Shown here: positions 38,450 to 47,453 of the stretch, in pieces
Position numbering within the stretch: the first letter of the stretch is position 1
How the letters are laid out: the number at the start of each line of letters is the position of its first letter
DNA from: an uncultured Chloroflexia bacterium
GTDB taxonomy: Bacteria; Chloroflexota; Limnocylindria; Limnocylindrales; CSP1-4
Assembly: GCA_963749705.1 (NCBI GenBank)
Contig: CAVVNQ010000004.1
Span: 96,001 to 160,000 of the forward strand
Reading direction: 5' to 3'
DNA: 64,000 nt
Position numbers and translations under genes: made by a program
The notes under the pieces: model-generated
Told to the model about the DNA's origin: nothing
The model's input: only the letters and a program-made list of their open reading frames with translations
Databases searched by the model: none

Positions 38450-40576
38450 TCAGGCGCCCGCGCGGTTCCTCGGCGCGGGCGGCAGGCGCCGCGCACCGTG
38501 GACCAGGAAGTGGACGAACCAGTCGCGGACCTGGACCAGGTTCTCGGCGCGGCGGAACGGCACCCCGCCGCGGGTCAGCTCGTGGGACTCCTCCGGGACG
38601 CGCATGAAGCGCACCGGCCGCCGCAGCGAGCGCAGGACGGTGAACAGGGCCTCGGCCTGGCCGATGGTCGTCCGGATGTCGCGCTCCGAGTGCTGGATCA
38701 GCAGCGGCGTGTGGATGTCGGGAGCCCGCGAGATCGGCGAGATCGAATCGAAGTACGCAGGGTCGTCCCATGGCCGGCGACCGAACTCGGTCCACGCCCA
38801 CTCGGCGTTCGAGATGTCGCCGGTCAGGAACAGCATCCGCATGTCCGCGACCGAGCGGCAGGTGACCGCGGCACGGAAGCGGTTGGTCCGGCCCACGATC
38901 CAGTTCGTGAGGTAGCCGCCGTAGGAGCCGCCCGTGATGCCCAGGCGATCCGGGTCGGCGAGGCCGTCGGCGATCGCCTGGTCGACGCCGGCGAGCACGT
39001 CCGCCATCGGGCCATCGCCCCAGTCGCCGAGGTTCGCGCGGTTGAAGGCCTCGCCGTATCCCTCCGACCCGCGCGGGTTGGCGGCGAGCACCGAGACGCC
39101 GGCACCCGCGAGGATCTGCCACTCGAGGGTCGGCGCCCAGCCGTAGAGCGTGTGGGGACCGCCGTGGATCTCGAGTGCGAGAGGCTGCCGGCCCGCTCCG
39201 GCGGGCAGCAGCCAGCCCTGGATCTCGCGTCCGTCGCTCGTCCAGCGGCGCTCGACCGGGGCGACCCAGTCGATCTCCCCCGCGAGCACGGTGTTGAGGT
39301 TGCTCAGCGGCCGCGCACCGGCCGCGTGACCGCCGCCATGCAGGTCGTAGACGACGACCTCGGGGAACGACACGGCCGTCGACCGCACGGCGACGATCGC
39401 GTCGCGGCCGGCGACCCGGCCATGATCCCAGCCCGACAGGTAGTGGTGATCCGTGGTCAGGCGCTCGGGTGCGGAACCACCGCCCACCGGGACGCGCCAT
39501 GCCTCGACGCTGCCCTCGATCGGCGCCGTGAACAGGACGTGCTCGCCATCGGCCGAGACGGCAAGCCGCGAGCGTTCACCCATCGCGACGTCGCTGTTCA
39601 TCCCGGCATCGGGCTTGAGCTCGCTCGTCGCCAGCAGGTCCTCGCCGCCGTTTCGGCCGGCATCCGCACCGTCGGCGGCGAACCGCCAGATCCCGGTCCG
39701 GTACTCGCCCCGCGGGAACCGGTCACCGAGCGCGACGATCGCCGACCCGTCGGGCAGCCATGCCGGCTCCCGGAACAGCGGGTCCGGGCCCCCGGCGATG
39801 GTGGTGACGGTCCCGGTGGCGACGTCGACCGCGTAGATCCCCGATCGGGACTCGACGTCCGGGTGCCGGCCGCGGTTGGCCGCGAACGCGATCCTGCTCC
39901 CATCGGGCGACCACGCCGGCGATTCGACCGACGTGCCTCCGACGACGAGCGGGCGTGCCGCTCCCGTTGCCACGTCGACCAGCCACAGGTGCGCGATGCG
40001 ATCGTCGACGAAACCGACCCCGTTGGCCATGTAGTGGAGGCGGTCGATGTACCGGAAGTCGGACCGCGGCACGGCCCCCGGCGCGGGCTTGGGTGGCCGG
40101 CGCCGACGCCGCTTCTCCTCGTCCATCGTCGCCCCGACCGAGTAGGTCAGGACCGCGATCATCCGGCCATCGGGCGACCACGAGAGCGCCTCGACACCGC
40201 GCGGCAGGTCCGTGAGCCGATGGGCCTCGCCGCCGTCGAGCGGGAGCAGGTGGACCTGGAAGCAGTCGTCTCGATCCCTCGGGTCCTTCGGTCGGCCCGG
40301 CTCATCTTCGGCGAACAGTCGCCGGTCGCTGACGAAGGCCAGCGTGGTCCCGTCGGGCGAGAAGCGCGCCTGGCTGTCGTTCCGGGCGCCGATCGTGAGC
40401 CGGCGAGCGTCGCCCGAGCCGTCGGCCGGGGCCGCCCAGATCGCCGACCGATACGCGTCACTGCCGGGCGCCGTCGTCCTGACGCTGAATGCGACCATCC
40501 GGCCGTCGGGCGACAGCCTGGGGTCGAATGGAATGCGGAGGCGGTACAGGTCCTCCGGGCGTGCGGGTCTGGGCAC
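38450..40576 (-). CDS. S9 acylaminoacyl peptidase (YuxL-like)
   Basis: SPDG propeller repeats, IHGGPH, NPRGSEGYG, GGSYGG, catalytic D (ERDIRT) and H (ESHEL). Confidence 0.93.
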   Translation of the reverse strand: MPRPARPEDLYRLRIPFDPRLSPDGRMVAFSVRTTAPGSDAYRSAIWAAPADGSGDARRLTIGARNDSQARFSPDGTTLAFVSDRRLFAEDEPGRPKDPRDRDDCFQVHLLPLDGGEAHRLTDLPRGVEALSWSPDGRMIAVLTYSVGATMDEEKRRRRRPPKPAPGAVPRSDFRYIDRLHYMANGVGFVDDRIAHLWLVDVATGAARPLVVGGTSVESPAWSPDGSRIAFAANRGRHPDVESRSGIYAVDVATGTVTTIAGGPDPLFREPAWLPDGSAIVALGDRFPRGEYRTGIWRFAADGADAGRNGGEDLLATSELKPDAGMNSDVAMGERSRLAVSADGEHVLFTAPIEGSVEAWRVPVGGGSAPERLTTDHHYLSGWDHGRVAGRDAIVAVRSTAVSFPEVVVYDLHGGGHAAGARPLSNLNTVLAGEIDWVAPVERRWTSDGREIQGWLLPAGAGRQPLALEIHGGPHTLYGWAPTLEWQILAGAGVSVLAANPRGSEGYGEAFNRANLGDWGDGPMADVLAGVDQAIADGLADPDRLGITGGSYGGYLTNWIVGRTNRFRAAVTCRSVADMRMLFLTGDISNAEWAWTEFGRRPWDDPAYFDSISPISRAPDIHTPLLIQHSERDIRTTIGQAEALFTVLRSLRRPVRFMRVPEESHELTRGGVPFRRAENLVQVRDWFVHFLVHGARRLPPAPRNRAGA

Positions 40577-40679
40577 GGGCCCCTCCGGGTGGGCGGGCGG
40601 CCGGCCCGCAGCGGGCGCCAGGGTGCGCCGGGGATTGCCGGCAGTCTAGCGCGGAGGGACGGGCTACCATCGGGGCTCG

Positions 40680-41453
40680 ATGGCCGAGCAGCTCTCTCTC
40701 CGGCTCGATCCGGCGCTCCCCCGCCCCGGTGACGTGGCCCCGATGTGGCCCACGGCCGTTGCCGATGCCTTCGACGCGCCTGACTTCCTGTTCGAGCCCA
40801 CCTGGGGCGGTCACCGGGTCCTGGCCTTCGTCGGGCCCGCGGACCGGGCGGGCGGCGGCGACGTACGGCTGGTCGATCCCAACGGGCTGGAGCTGGTCGA
40901 GCGGCTGCCGGAGCTCGCCGGGCTTGCCGTGCGCGTGGCGGCGCGCTCCGCGGTGCTCGACGGCGAGCTCGTCCTGGTCGACGGGCGAGGGCGCGCCGAC
41001 GACCAGGCGCTGCGCGAACGGCTGAGCGGGCGGCCGGGGCGTCCGGTCGCGTTCCTCGTGTTCGACATCCTCCACCTCGACGGCCGGTGGCTGCTCAACC
41101 AGCCGCTCGACAAGCGGCGCCAGCAGCTGCGCGCCGTCCTGCGACCGGGCGACGAGGTCGTGGTCGTGCCCGCGATCGTCGGCGAGGGCCGGGCGCTGTT
41201 CGACGCGGTCGTCGCCCAGGGGATCGCCGGGGTGCTGGCCCGGCGGCGGTCGAGCCCGTACCTGCCCGGCGTCCGGAGCACGCTGTGGCGGTCGATCCTC
41301 GCGACCCCCGGTGCGGTCGCGGGCGAGGGCGAAACCGAGGCCGAGGCGGGGATGACCGGCGACGGCGGGATCGACGGCCCGGCGCCCAGCGGCACCGCGC
41401 CCGTCCTCGCGCTGTTCCGACGCCTCCCGTTCGACGACGACCCGGACGGGTAA
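40680..41453 (+). CDS. ATP-dependent DNA ligase (LigD/LigC-like) adenylation domain homolog, catalytically degenerate
   Basis: Motifs III (LDGELV) and IIIa (VFDILHLDG) intact. Motif I EPTWGGHR lacks Lys and Asp; motif IV AGVLAR; motif V WRSIL. No OB domain. Confidence 0.8.
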   Translation: MAEQLSLRLDPALPRPGDVAPMWPTAVADAFDAPDFLFEPTWGGHRVLAFVGPADRAGGGDVRLVDPNGLELVERLPELAGLAVRVAARSAVLDGELVLVDGRGRADDQALRERLSGRPGRPVAFLVFDILHLDGRWLLNQPLDKRRQQLRAVLRPGDEVVVVPAIVGEGRALFDAVVAQGIAGVLARRRSSPYLPGVRSTLWRSILATPGAVAGEGETEAEAGMTGDGGIDGPAPSGTAPVLALFRRLPFDDDPDG

Positions 41454-41497
41454 CCCGGCCGCGGCGGGTCGCCGGGGGCGCCTGGCCGGACGGGTCG

Positions 41498-42883
41498 CTA
41501 GCCGCGGACCGCCCGCGCGAACGCGCGGAGCCCCGGCGGCTGCCCGTACATCAGGACGCCGGCGCGGAACACGCGGATCGAGAACCACATCGCCAGCGGC
41601 ACCGTCAGCAGCAACAGCCCGATCGAGAGCGCCAGCTCCCAGGGCTCCACGCGCCCGACCGAGAGCCGGGACAGCATCACGAACGGGCTCCAGATCGGGA
41701 TGTAGGACGCGATCCGGATGATCGACGAGCTGCCGCCGCTCAGGGCGAGCACCGCGGGCAGGTACCCGGCGATCGCCGGGATCGACAGGGGCAGCGCGAT
41801 GACCTGGAGATCCTCCGCGCGACTGAGCAGCGAGCCGGCACCCGCGTACAGCGACGCATAGAGCGCGAACCCGAGCACGAAGTAGACGAGGAACGCCGCC
41901 AGGAGTCCGGGCGACAGCCCCGCCAGGGACGACGCGGACCCCGGGTCCTCGCCCAGCAGCGCGTTGCCGATCCTGCCCGACAGGAGCAGTGCCGCGAGCG
42001 CCGGCGCCAGCACGAGCGCCACCTGGGTCAACCCGGACAGGCCGATCCCGAGGATCTTGCCCAGCACCAGCTGCGGTGCGGTGCCCGCCGAGATGAGCAG
42101 CTCCATGACCCGGCTGGCCTTCTCGGCGACCACGCCCGCGGCGACCCACAGGCCGTAGAACACGAGGGTTAGGAACGACAGGACCACGAACACGATGCCC
42201 ACGATGCGGCGACTCGCGTACTCGGCGGTGTCGATGGTGTCGCCGCCACCGGCGCCGCCCGTGGCGCCCGGATCCACGACGTTGAACGTGGGTGCGACGA
42301 ACTGCCGGCTGCTGGGCGGCTGGGTCGCCGTCCAGTCGAGGATCCCAACGGCGAACGCCCCGATCTGCAGCAGCTGCGCGCGATCCTGGCTCAGCGCCCC
42401 CACGGTCAGCACCCGGAAGTCGAGGCCGCCATCCGGGCCGCGCGTGATCAGCACGGCACCCGCCAGCGATCCGTCCCGGACCTCGGCGGCCGCGGCGGCG
42501 GCGTCGTCCTGGCGCTCGAAGTCGAAGCGGCGGCTGGCCGCGGCGCCGGAGTCGAGCCGTGCGTTGAGGAAGCCGTCCATGACCGACACGGCCCGGTCCC
42601 CGAGCGTCTGCTCGTCGGCGACCACCGCGATCCGGGTCACCGTGACCTGGTCCACGAACCGGACCGCGAGCGGGATGAGCGCGATCATCACGGCCAGGCC
42701 TGCGAGCAGCACCGTCGAGAACACGAATGCCCGGGCCCGGACCCGCTCGGCGTACTCGCGCCGCGCGACCAGCCCGATGTTGCCGAGCCCGATGCTGCCG
42801 AGCCCGATGCTGCCGAGCCCGACGTCGGGCCGCACGTCGACGCGCGGATCCTGCTCGACGCGCGGATCCTGCTCGCCGCTCAT
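41498..42883 (-). CDS. ABC-2 permease (NatB/YhaP-like)
   Basis: VARREY..RVR, VVAEKASRVMELLIS, GKILG, IPIWSPFVM. Confidence 0.9.
   Translation of the reverse strand: MSGEQDPRVEQDPRVDVRPDVGLGSIGLGSIGLGNIGLVARREYAERVRARAFVFSTVLLAGLAVMIALIPLAVRFVDQVTVTRIAVVADEQTLGDRAVSVMDGFLNARLDSGAAASRRFDFERQDDAAAAAAEVRDGSLAGAVLITRGPDGGLDFRVLTVGALSQDRAQLLQIGAFAVGILDWTATQPPSSRQFVAPTFNVVDPGATGGAGGGDTIDTAEYASRRIVGIVFVVLSFLTLVFYGLWVAAGVVAEKASRVMELLISAGTAPQLVLGKILGIGLSGLTQVALVLAPALAALLLSGRIGNALLGEDPGSASSLAGLSPGLLAAFLVYFVLGFALYASLYAGAGSLLSRAEDLQVIALPLSIPAIAGYLPAVLALSGGSSSIIRIASYIPIWSPFVMLSRLSVGRVEPWELALSIGLLLLTVPLAMWFSIRVFRAGVLMYGQPPGLRAFARAVRG
42770..42876. repeat. Short tandem repeats in the permease N-terminus
   Basis: 15-bp unit (GLGSI/GLGNI) x3 and 18-bp unit (EQDPRV) x2. 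Confidence 0.85.
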
Positions 42884-43851
42884 GCCGCGTCCCCGACACG
42901 AGACTCGGGCGAGTCGGGGTCACCGGGCGCGAGACGGCGCTCGTCCTCCGGGGGATGGCCGACATGGTCGATGAACACCTGCTCGAGGGTCGGATCGGCT
43001 GCCTCGAAGTGGAGCACGCGGGCGCCGGCGGCGACGGCCGCCAGCAGCACCGACTCCGGCTCGACCCCGGGATCGAGCTCCACCGACGAGCGATCCATCC
43101 CCGCCTGGATGATCCGCGTCCCGGGCACCGCGCTCAGCCACGGGAGGCGATGGTCGCCGGCAACCGAGATCCGGACCAGCCGCCGGCCGGTCGACCGGCG
43201 GACCTCGCGCACCGGACCCCCGACGACCATCCTGCCCCGGTCGACGATCGCGACCGCCTCGCACAGCGATTCCGCGACGTCCATCGAATGGGTCGAGAAC
43301 ACGACGGTCCGGCCGCGGTCGCGGAGCTCGAGGAACGCCTCGCGCAGGAGCATCACGTTGACCGGATCGAGCCCCGAGAACGGCTCGTCCATGAGCAGCA
43401 CCTGGGGATCGTGCAGGACCGCGGCGATGAACTGGACCTTCTGCTGGTTGCCCTTGGACAGCTGCTCGGCCTTGCGTCCGACGAGATCCTCCGCGCGGAA
43501 CCGCCGGAGCCACGCCAGCGCCTCCCGCCGGGCACGCTCGCGCGGCATCCCGTGGAGTCCGGCGAAGAACAGCAGCTGGTCGAGCACCCGCATCCGGGGG
43601 TACAGGCCGCGCTCCTCGGGGAGGTAGCCCCAGGTCGATCGCGGCAGCCGGGCGCTCGGCATCCCGCGCCACGTCACCTGCCCCGCGTCGGGCTCGAGCA
43701 CGCCGACCGCGATCCGCATGGTCGTCGTCTTGCCCGCGCCATTCGCCCCGAGGAATCCGAACACCTGGCCCGGGGCGACCTCGAACGTGAGGTCATCGAC
43801 GGCCACGACGGCTCCGAACCGCTTGGACAGGTGATCGACCACGAGCGCCAT
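42880..43851 (-). CDS. ABC ATP-binding protein (NatA/YhaQ-like)
   Basis: GANGAGKT, GYLPEERGLY, LSKGNQQK, DEPFSGLD. Confidence 0.93.
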   Translation of the reverse strand: MALVVDHLSKRFGAVVAVDDLTFEVAPGQVFGFLGANGAGKTTTMRIAVGVLEPDAGQVTWRGMPSARLPRSTWGYLPEERGLYPRMRVLDQLLFFAGLHGMPRERARREALAWLRRFRAEDLVGRKAEQLSKGNQQKVQFIAAVLHDPQVLLMDEPFSGLDPVNVMLLREAFLELRDRGRTVVFSTHSMDVAESLCEAVAIVDRGRMVVGGPVREVRRSTGRRLVRISVAGDHRLPWLSAVPGTRIIQAGMDRSSVELDPGVEPESVLLAAVAAGARVLHFEAADPTLEQVFIDHVGHPPEDERRLAPGDPDSPESRVGDAA

Positions 43852-44006
43852 TCGCGCCCGAGCATACCGGGGCCCCGGCCCGAGGCCATTGCGGGATAGT
43901 CCGCATCGACGACACGATGAAGGTCCCGGTGGCGGCCCGGCCCCGCACGGTGGACACGGCCCGGTGCCGCACGGTGCCCGCGGCCCGGCGAGAGTACGAT
44001 CGGAGC

Positions 44007-44417
44007 GTGCAGGACCCGAGATCGACGACACCCGTCCGCATCGACGCGGACCGCACGGCCGGGACGCTCCGGCTGGAGTGGGCGGACGGGCACCAGACGG
44101 CATACGACGCCGCGACCCTGCGCTGGCTGTGCCCCTGCGCGTACTGTCGCGGCGAGGCGGGCCAGCCGGGCTGGCTCGACACCAACCCGACGCTCACGCC
44201 GGACCAGACGACGCTGGTCGATGTCGCCCTGGTGGGTTCCTATGCGGTCCAGGTGACCTGGGGCGACGGACACCACACGGGCTATCACACGTTCATGCTG
44301 CTGCGCGACCGCTGCCCGTGCGCCGAGTGCACGCGCGCCCGCGCCCAGCGTCACGAGCACGAGCCCCGGGCGACCGCTCAGGCGAGCGACCGCCACTGGC
44401 ATGGAGGAGACCAATGA
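44007..44417 (+). CDS. DUF971 (GBBH-like N-terminal) protein with two CPCxxC motifs
   Basis: W.DGH...LRWLCPCAYC...VGSYAVQVTWGDGHHTGY, then a second CPCAEC and a His-rich tail. Confidence 0.85.
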   Translation: MQDPRSTTPVRIDADRTAGTLRLEWADGHQTAYDAATLRWLCPCAYCRGEAGQPGWLDTNPTLTPDQTTLVDVALVGSYAVQVTWGDGHHTGYHTFMLLRDRCPCAECTRARAQRHEHEPRATAQASDRHWHGGDQ

Positions 44418-44758
44418 TCATCTCGACTGCGCCGTTCATCGCCGGCCACCGCGTGACCGAGACCAAGGGCCAGGTGTTCGGCCTCGTCGTCCGCAGCCGC
44501 GGCCTGGGCGGGAACCTGGTCGCGAGCCTTCGCTCGATCGCCGGCGGCGAGATCCACGAGTACACCAGCCTGCTCGAGGACACCCGCCGCCAGGCCGTCG
44601 ACCGCATGGTCCAGAACGCGACCATGATGGGCGCCAACGGCGTCATCTCGATGCGCTTCGACTCCTCGGAGATGGCATCGACCATGACCGAGATCGTCGC
44701 CTACGGGACCGCGGTCGTGGTCACGCCGGACGCGGGCGCCGCACAGCCGCTGGAATAG
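44414..44758 (+). CDS. YbjQ / UPF0145 family protein
   Basis: GLVVRSR, GGEIHEYTSLL, GANGVISMRFD, EIVAYGTAV. Confidence 0.92.
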   Translation: MIISTAPFIAGHRVTETKGQVFGLVVRSRGLGGNLVASLRSIAGGEIHEYTSLLEDTRRQAVDRMVQNATMMGANGVISMRFDSSEMASTMTEIVAYGTAVVVTPDAGAAQPLE

Positions 44759-44761
44759 CCC

Positions 44762-45115
44762 GTGGGCGTGGCGCTCGCTCGAGCCGTCATCGGGACGGCC
44801 GGCGTCCTGCTCCTGGTCGGCGGCATCGCGGTGGCCGCGACCACCGGCCCGTCCGGTGACGCGTTCTCGGCCCTGTTCCTGTTCGTTCCCGGTGCGCTGC
44901 TGATCGCCGCCGTGATCCTCGAGCGGACCCGCTACCGCTCGCTCACGGCGGAGCAGTCGGGCGATGGCCACGGCCTGGGAGGCGGCGAAACGGCCGTCCC
45001 GGATGCGCGCTTCCAGCCGACCGACGAACGGTTCGTGGATCCAACGACGCGCGTCCCGATGCGCGTGTTCGTCGACCCGCGCACCGGCGAGCGGCGGTAC
45101 GTCGCGGAGCGGTAG
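44762..45115 (+). CDS. Small two-TM membrane protein with a conserved-looking C-terminal domain
   Basis: Two hydrophobic helices, ER.RY, then FQPTDERFVDPTT..MRVFVDPRTGERRYV. Confidence 0.7.
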   Translation: MGVALARAVIGTAGVLLLVGGIAVAATTGPSGDAFSALFLFVPGALLIAAVILERTRYRSLTAEQSGDGHGLGGGETAVPDARFQPTDERFVDPTTRVPMRVFVDPRTGERRYVAER

Positions 45116-45281
45116 CCGGGGCTTCACCCTGGCCCGGTCGAGGCTCCGGGCCGGGCGACCGAACGGGGGCCGCGTGCGGCTGCGTGCTATTCTCGGCCGT
45201 CCGACCGGGTTCGGGTGACGTGGCTCGCGTCACGCCCGCGTCCCCCGTCTCGCGCCCGGCGGGCACGCCTGCGAGAGGATC

Positions 45282-47453
45282 ATGACCGCCGTTCGACCCG
45301 CTCCCGGACCCCGCGCCGCGTCCCGCGGCCGACGGCGGGCGGTGCACGACCATAAGGCCCCGATCCTCAACCGCGAGCTGTCGTGGATCGAGTTCAACGC
45401 CCGCGTGCTCCACGAGGCCCGCGACACGCGCAACCCGATCCTCGAGCGCGTCAAGTTCCTCGCGATCTTCGCGTCCAACCTCGACGAGTTCTTCCAGGTT
45501 CGCGTGTCCGGGTTGCGCCGGCAGGACCTGGCCGGCTCGCAGCACCTGTCCTCGGACGGCCTGACCCCGGCCAAGCAGCTGGACGCGATCCGGGCCCGGG
45601 TCCGGGACCTCGTCGCCGAGCATTCCCTGATCTTCGCCACGATCCGCGAGGAGCTCGCCGGCGAGGGCGTCGAGATCGTGGACTACGACGACGTTCCCGA
45701 GCACCACGACACGCTCCGGCGCCGGTTCCACGACGAGATCTTCCCGGTCCTGACGCCGCTCGCCGTGGATCCGGGACACCCGTTCCCGTACATCAGCACC
45801 CTGTCGCTCTCGATCGCGGTCGGGCTGCGGGACCCCGAGACGGGCGAGAAGCGGTTCGCGCGGGTCAAGATCCCGCCGATCCTGCCCCGCCTGTTCGAGG
45901 TCGAGCGCGACCGGTTCGTGCTCCTGGACCAGGTCATCGAGGCCAACCTCGACGAGCTGTTCCGGGGCATGGAGATCCTCGAGACGCACCTGTTCCGGGT
46001 CACCCGCGACGCGGACATCGCGATCGAGGAGGACGAGGCGGACGACCTGCTGCTCGCGATCGAGGAAGAGGTCCGGCGGCGGCGGTTCGGCGAGGCGGTC
46101 CGGCTCGAGGTCGAGCGCTCGATGCCGGAGCTGACGCGCAAGATCCTGATCAACGGCATCGGGCTGCGCGAGGACGACAGCTTCGAGGTCGCCGGGATGA
46201 TGGACCTCACGGCGCTGTGGCAGCTCGCCGAGCTCGACCGTCCCGACCTCAAGGCGCCGACCTTCACGCCGGTCGTGCCCCAGCGGCTGCTGCCGCCGGA
46301 CGAGGACGAGCCGGTCGACGTGTTCGCGCAGATGCGGGCCGGGGACCTGCTCCTCCATCACCCGTACGACTCGTTCACCGCCTCGGTCGAGCGGTTCATC
46401 TCGCAGGCCGCGGACGACCCCCTGGTGCTGACCATCAAGCAGACCCTGTACCGGACGTCGGGCGACTCGCCCATCGTCAAGGCGCTGATCCGCGCGGCGG
46501 AGCAGGGCAAGCAGGTCGTGGTCCTGGTCGAGATCAAGGCGCGCTTCGACGAGGAGGTCAACATCGTCTGGGCGCGCAAGCTTGAGCAGGCGGGCGCCCA
46601 CGTCGTGTACGGGCTGGTCGGCCTCAAGACCCACTGCAAGGTCGCGCTCGTCGTCCGGCGCGAGGGCAACGGGCTCCGGCGCTACGTCCACATCGGCACC
46701 GGCAACTACAACTCGCGGACGGCGCGCCTGTACGTGGATCTCGGCCTGCTCTCGTGCCGCGAGGAGCTGGGCGCGGACGTCACGGACCTGTTCAACGTGC
46801 TCACCGGGCTGTCACGCCAGAGCGTGTTCCGCCGCCTGCTCGTGGCGCCGATGACGCTCCGGTCGCGCTTCCTCGAGCTGGTCGAGCGGGAGGCGGCGAA
46901 TGCCCGTGCGGGCCAGCAGGCCCGGATCGTGATCAAGGTCAACTCGCTGGTCGACACCCAGGTGGTCGAGGCGCTGTACGAGGCGGCGCGGGCGGGCGTC
47001 GAGATCGAGTGCATCATCCGGGGCGCGTGCTGCCTGGTCCCCGGCGTCCCCGGTGCCTCCGAGCGGGCGCGCGCGCGCTCGATCATCGGCGAGTTCCTGG
47101 AGCACTCGCGGATCTGGATGTTCGCCAACGGCGGGCGCCCTGAGTGGTACATCGGGTCGGCGGACCTGATGGAGCGCAACCTCGATCGGCGGGTCGAGGT
47201 CGTGACCCCGGTCGAGGATCACGAGGCGCAGGTCCGGCTCGCGCGGATCATCGAGGTCATGCTGGCCGATGACCGCCGCTCGTGGCAGCTGCAGTCCGAC
47301 GGCCGATGGGTCCGGACCGAGGTGCTGACGTCGGCCGCGGGCGAGATCGACACGTTCGCCGTGCTCAAGCAGGATGCCGCGGCCGCCGCAGCCGCCGCGG
47401 ACGTGCCCAGACGGCCGCACTCGAACGTCGGATCGATGGACCCGCGCGCGTGA
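45282..47453 (+). CDS. ppk1: Polyphosphate kinase 1
   Basis: NRELSWIEFNARV, HPFPYIS, HHPYDSF, KARFDEE, KTHCK, GTGNYN, LEHSRI, SADLMERNLDRRVE. Confidence 0.97.
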   Translation: MTAVRPAPGPRAASRGRRRAVHDHKAPILNRELSWIEFNARVLHEARDTRNPILERVKFLAIFASNLDEFFQVRVSGLRRQDLAGSQHLSSDGLTPAKQLDAIRARVRDLVAEHSLIFATIREELAGEGVEIVDYDDVPEHHDTLRRRFHDEIFPVLTPLAVDPGHPFPYISTLSLSIAVGLRDPETGEKRFARVKIPPILPRLFEVERDRFVLLDQVIEANLDELFRGMEILETHLFRVTRDADIAIEEDEADDLLLAIEEEVRRRRFGEAVRLEVERSMPELTRKILINGIGLREDDSFEVAGMMDLTALWQLAELDRPDLKAPTFTPVVPQRLLPPDEDEPVDVFAQMRAGDLLLHHPYDSFTASVERFISQAADDPLVLTIKQTLYRTSGDSPIVKALIRAAEQGKQVVVLVEIKARFDEEVNIVWARKLEQAGAHVVYGLVGLKTHCKVALVVRREGNGLRRYVHIGTGNYNSRTARLYVDLGLLSCREELGADVTDLFNVLTGLSRQSVFRRLLVAPMTLRSRFLELVEREAANARAGQQARIVIKVNSLVDTQVVEALYEAARAGVEIECIIRGACCLVPGVPGASERARARSIIGEFLEHSRIWMFANGGRPEWYIGSADLMERNLDRRVEVVTPVEDHEAQVRLARIIEVMLADDRRSWQLQSDGRWVRTEVLTSAAGEIDTFAVLKQDAAAAAAAADVPRRPHSNVGSMDPRA

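Noticed and set aside
35116-40576. Peptidase trio (S9, C45, S9) as part of the BMC or a RiPP cluster
   Set aside because: The first S9 seems to have its own leaderless promoter, none has an encapsulation peptide, and no precursor or modifying enzymes are visible.
40680-41453. Functional NHEJ ligase LigD
   Set aside because: Adenylated Lys absent; no OB, polymerase or phosphoesterase domain; no Ku nearby.
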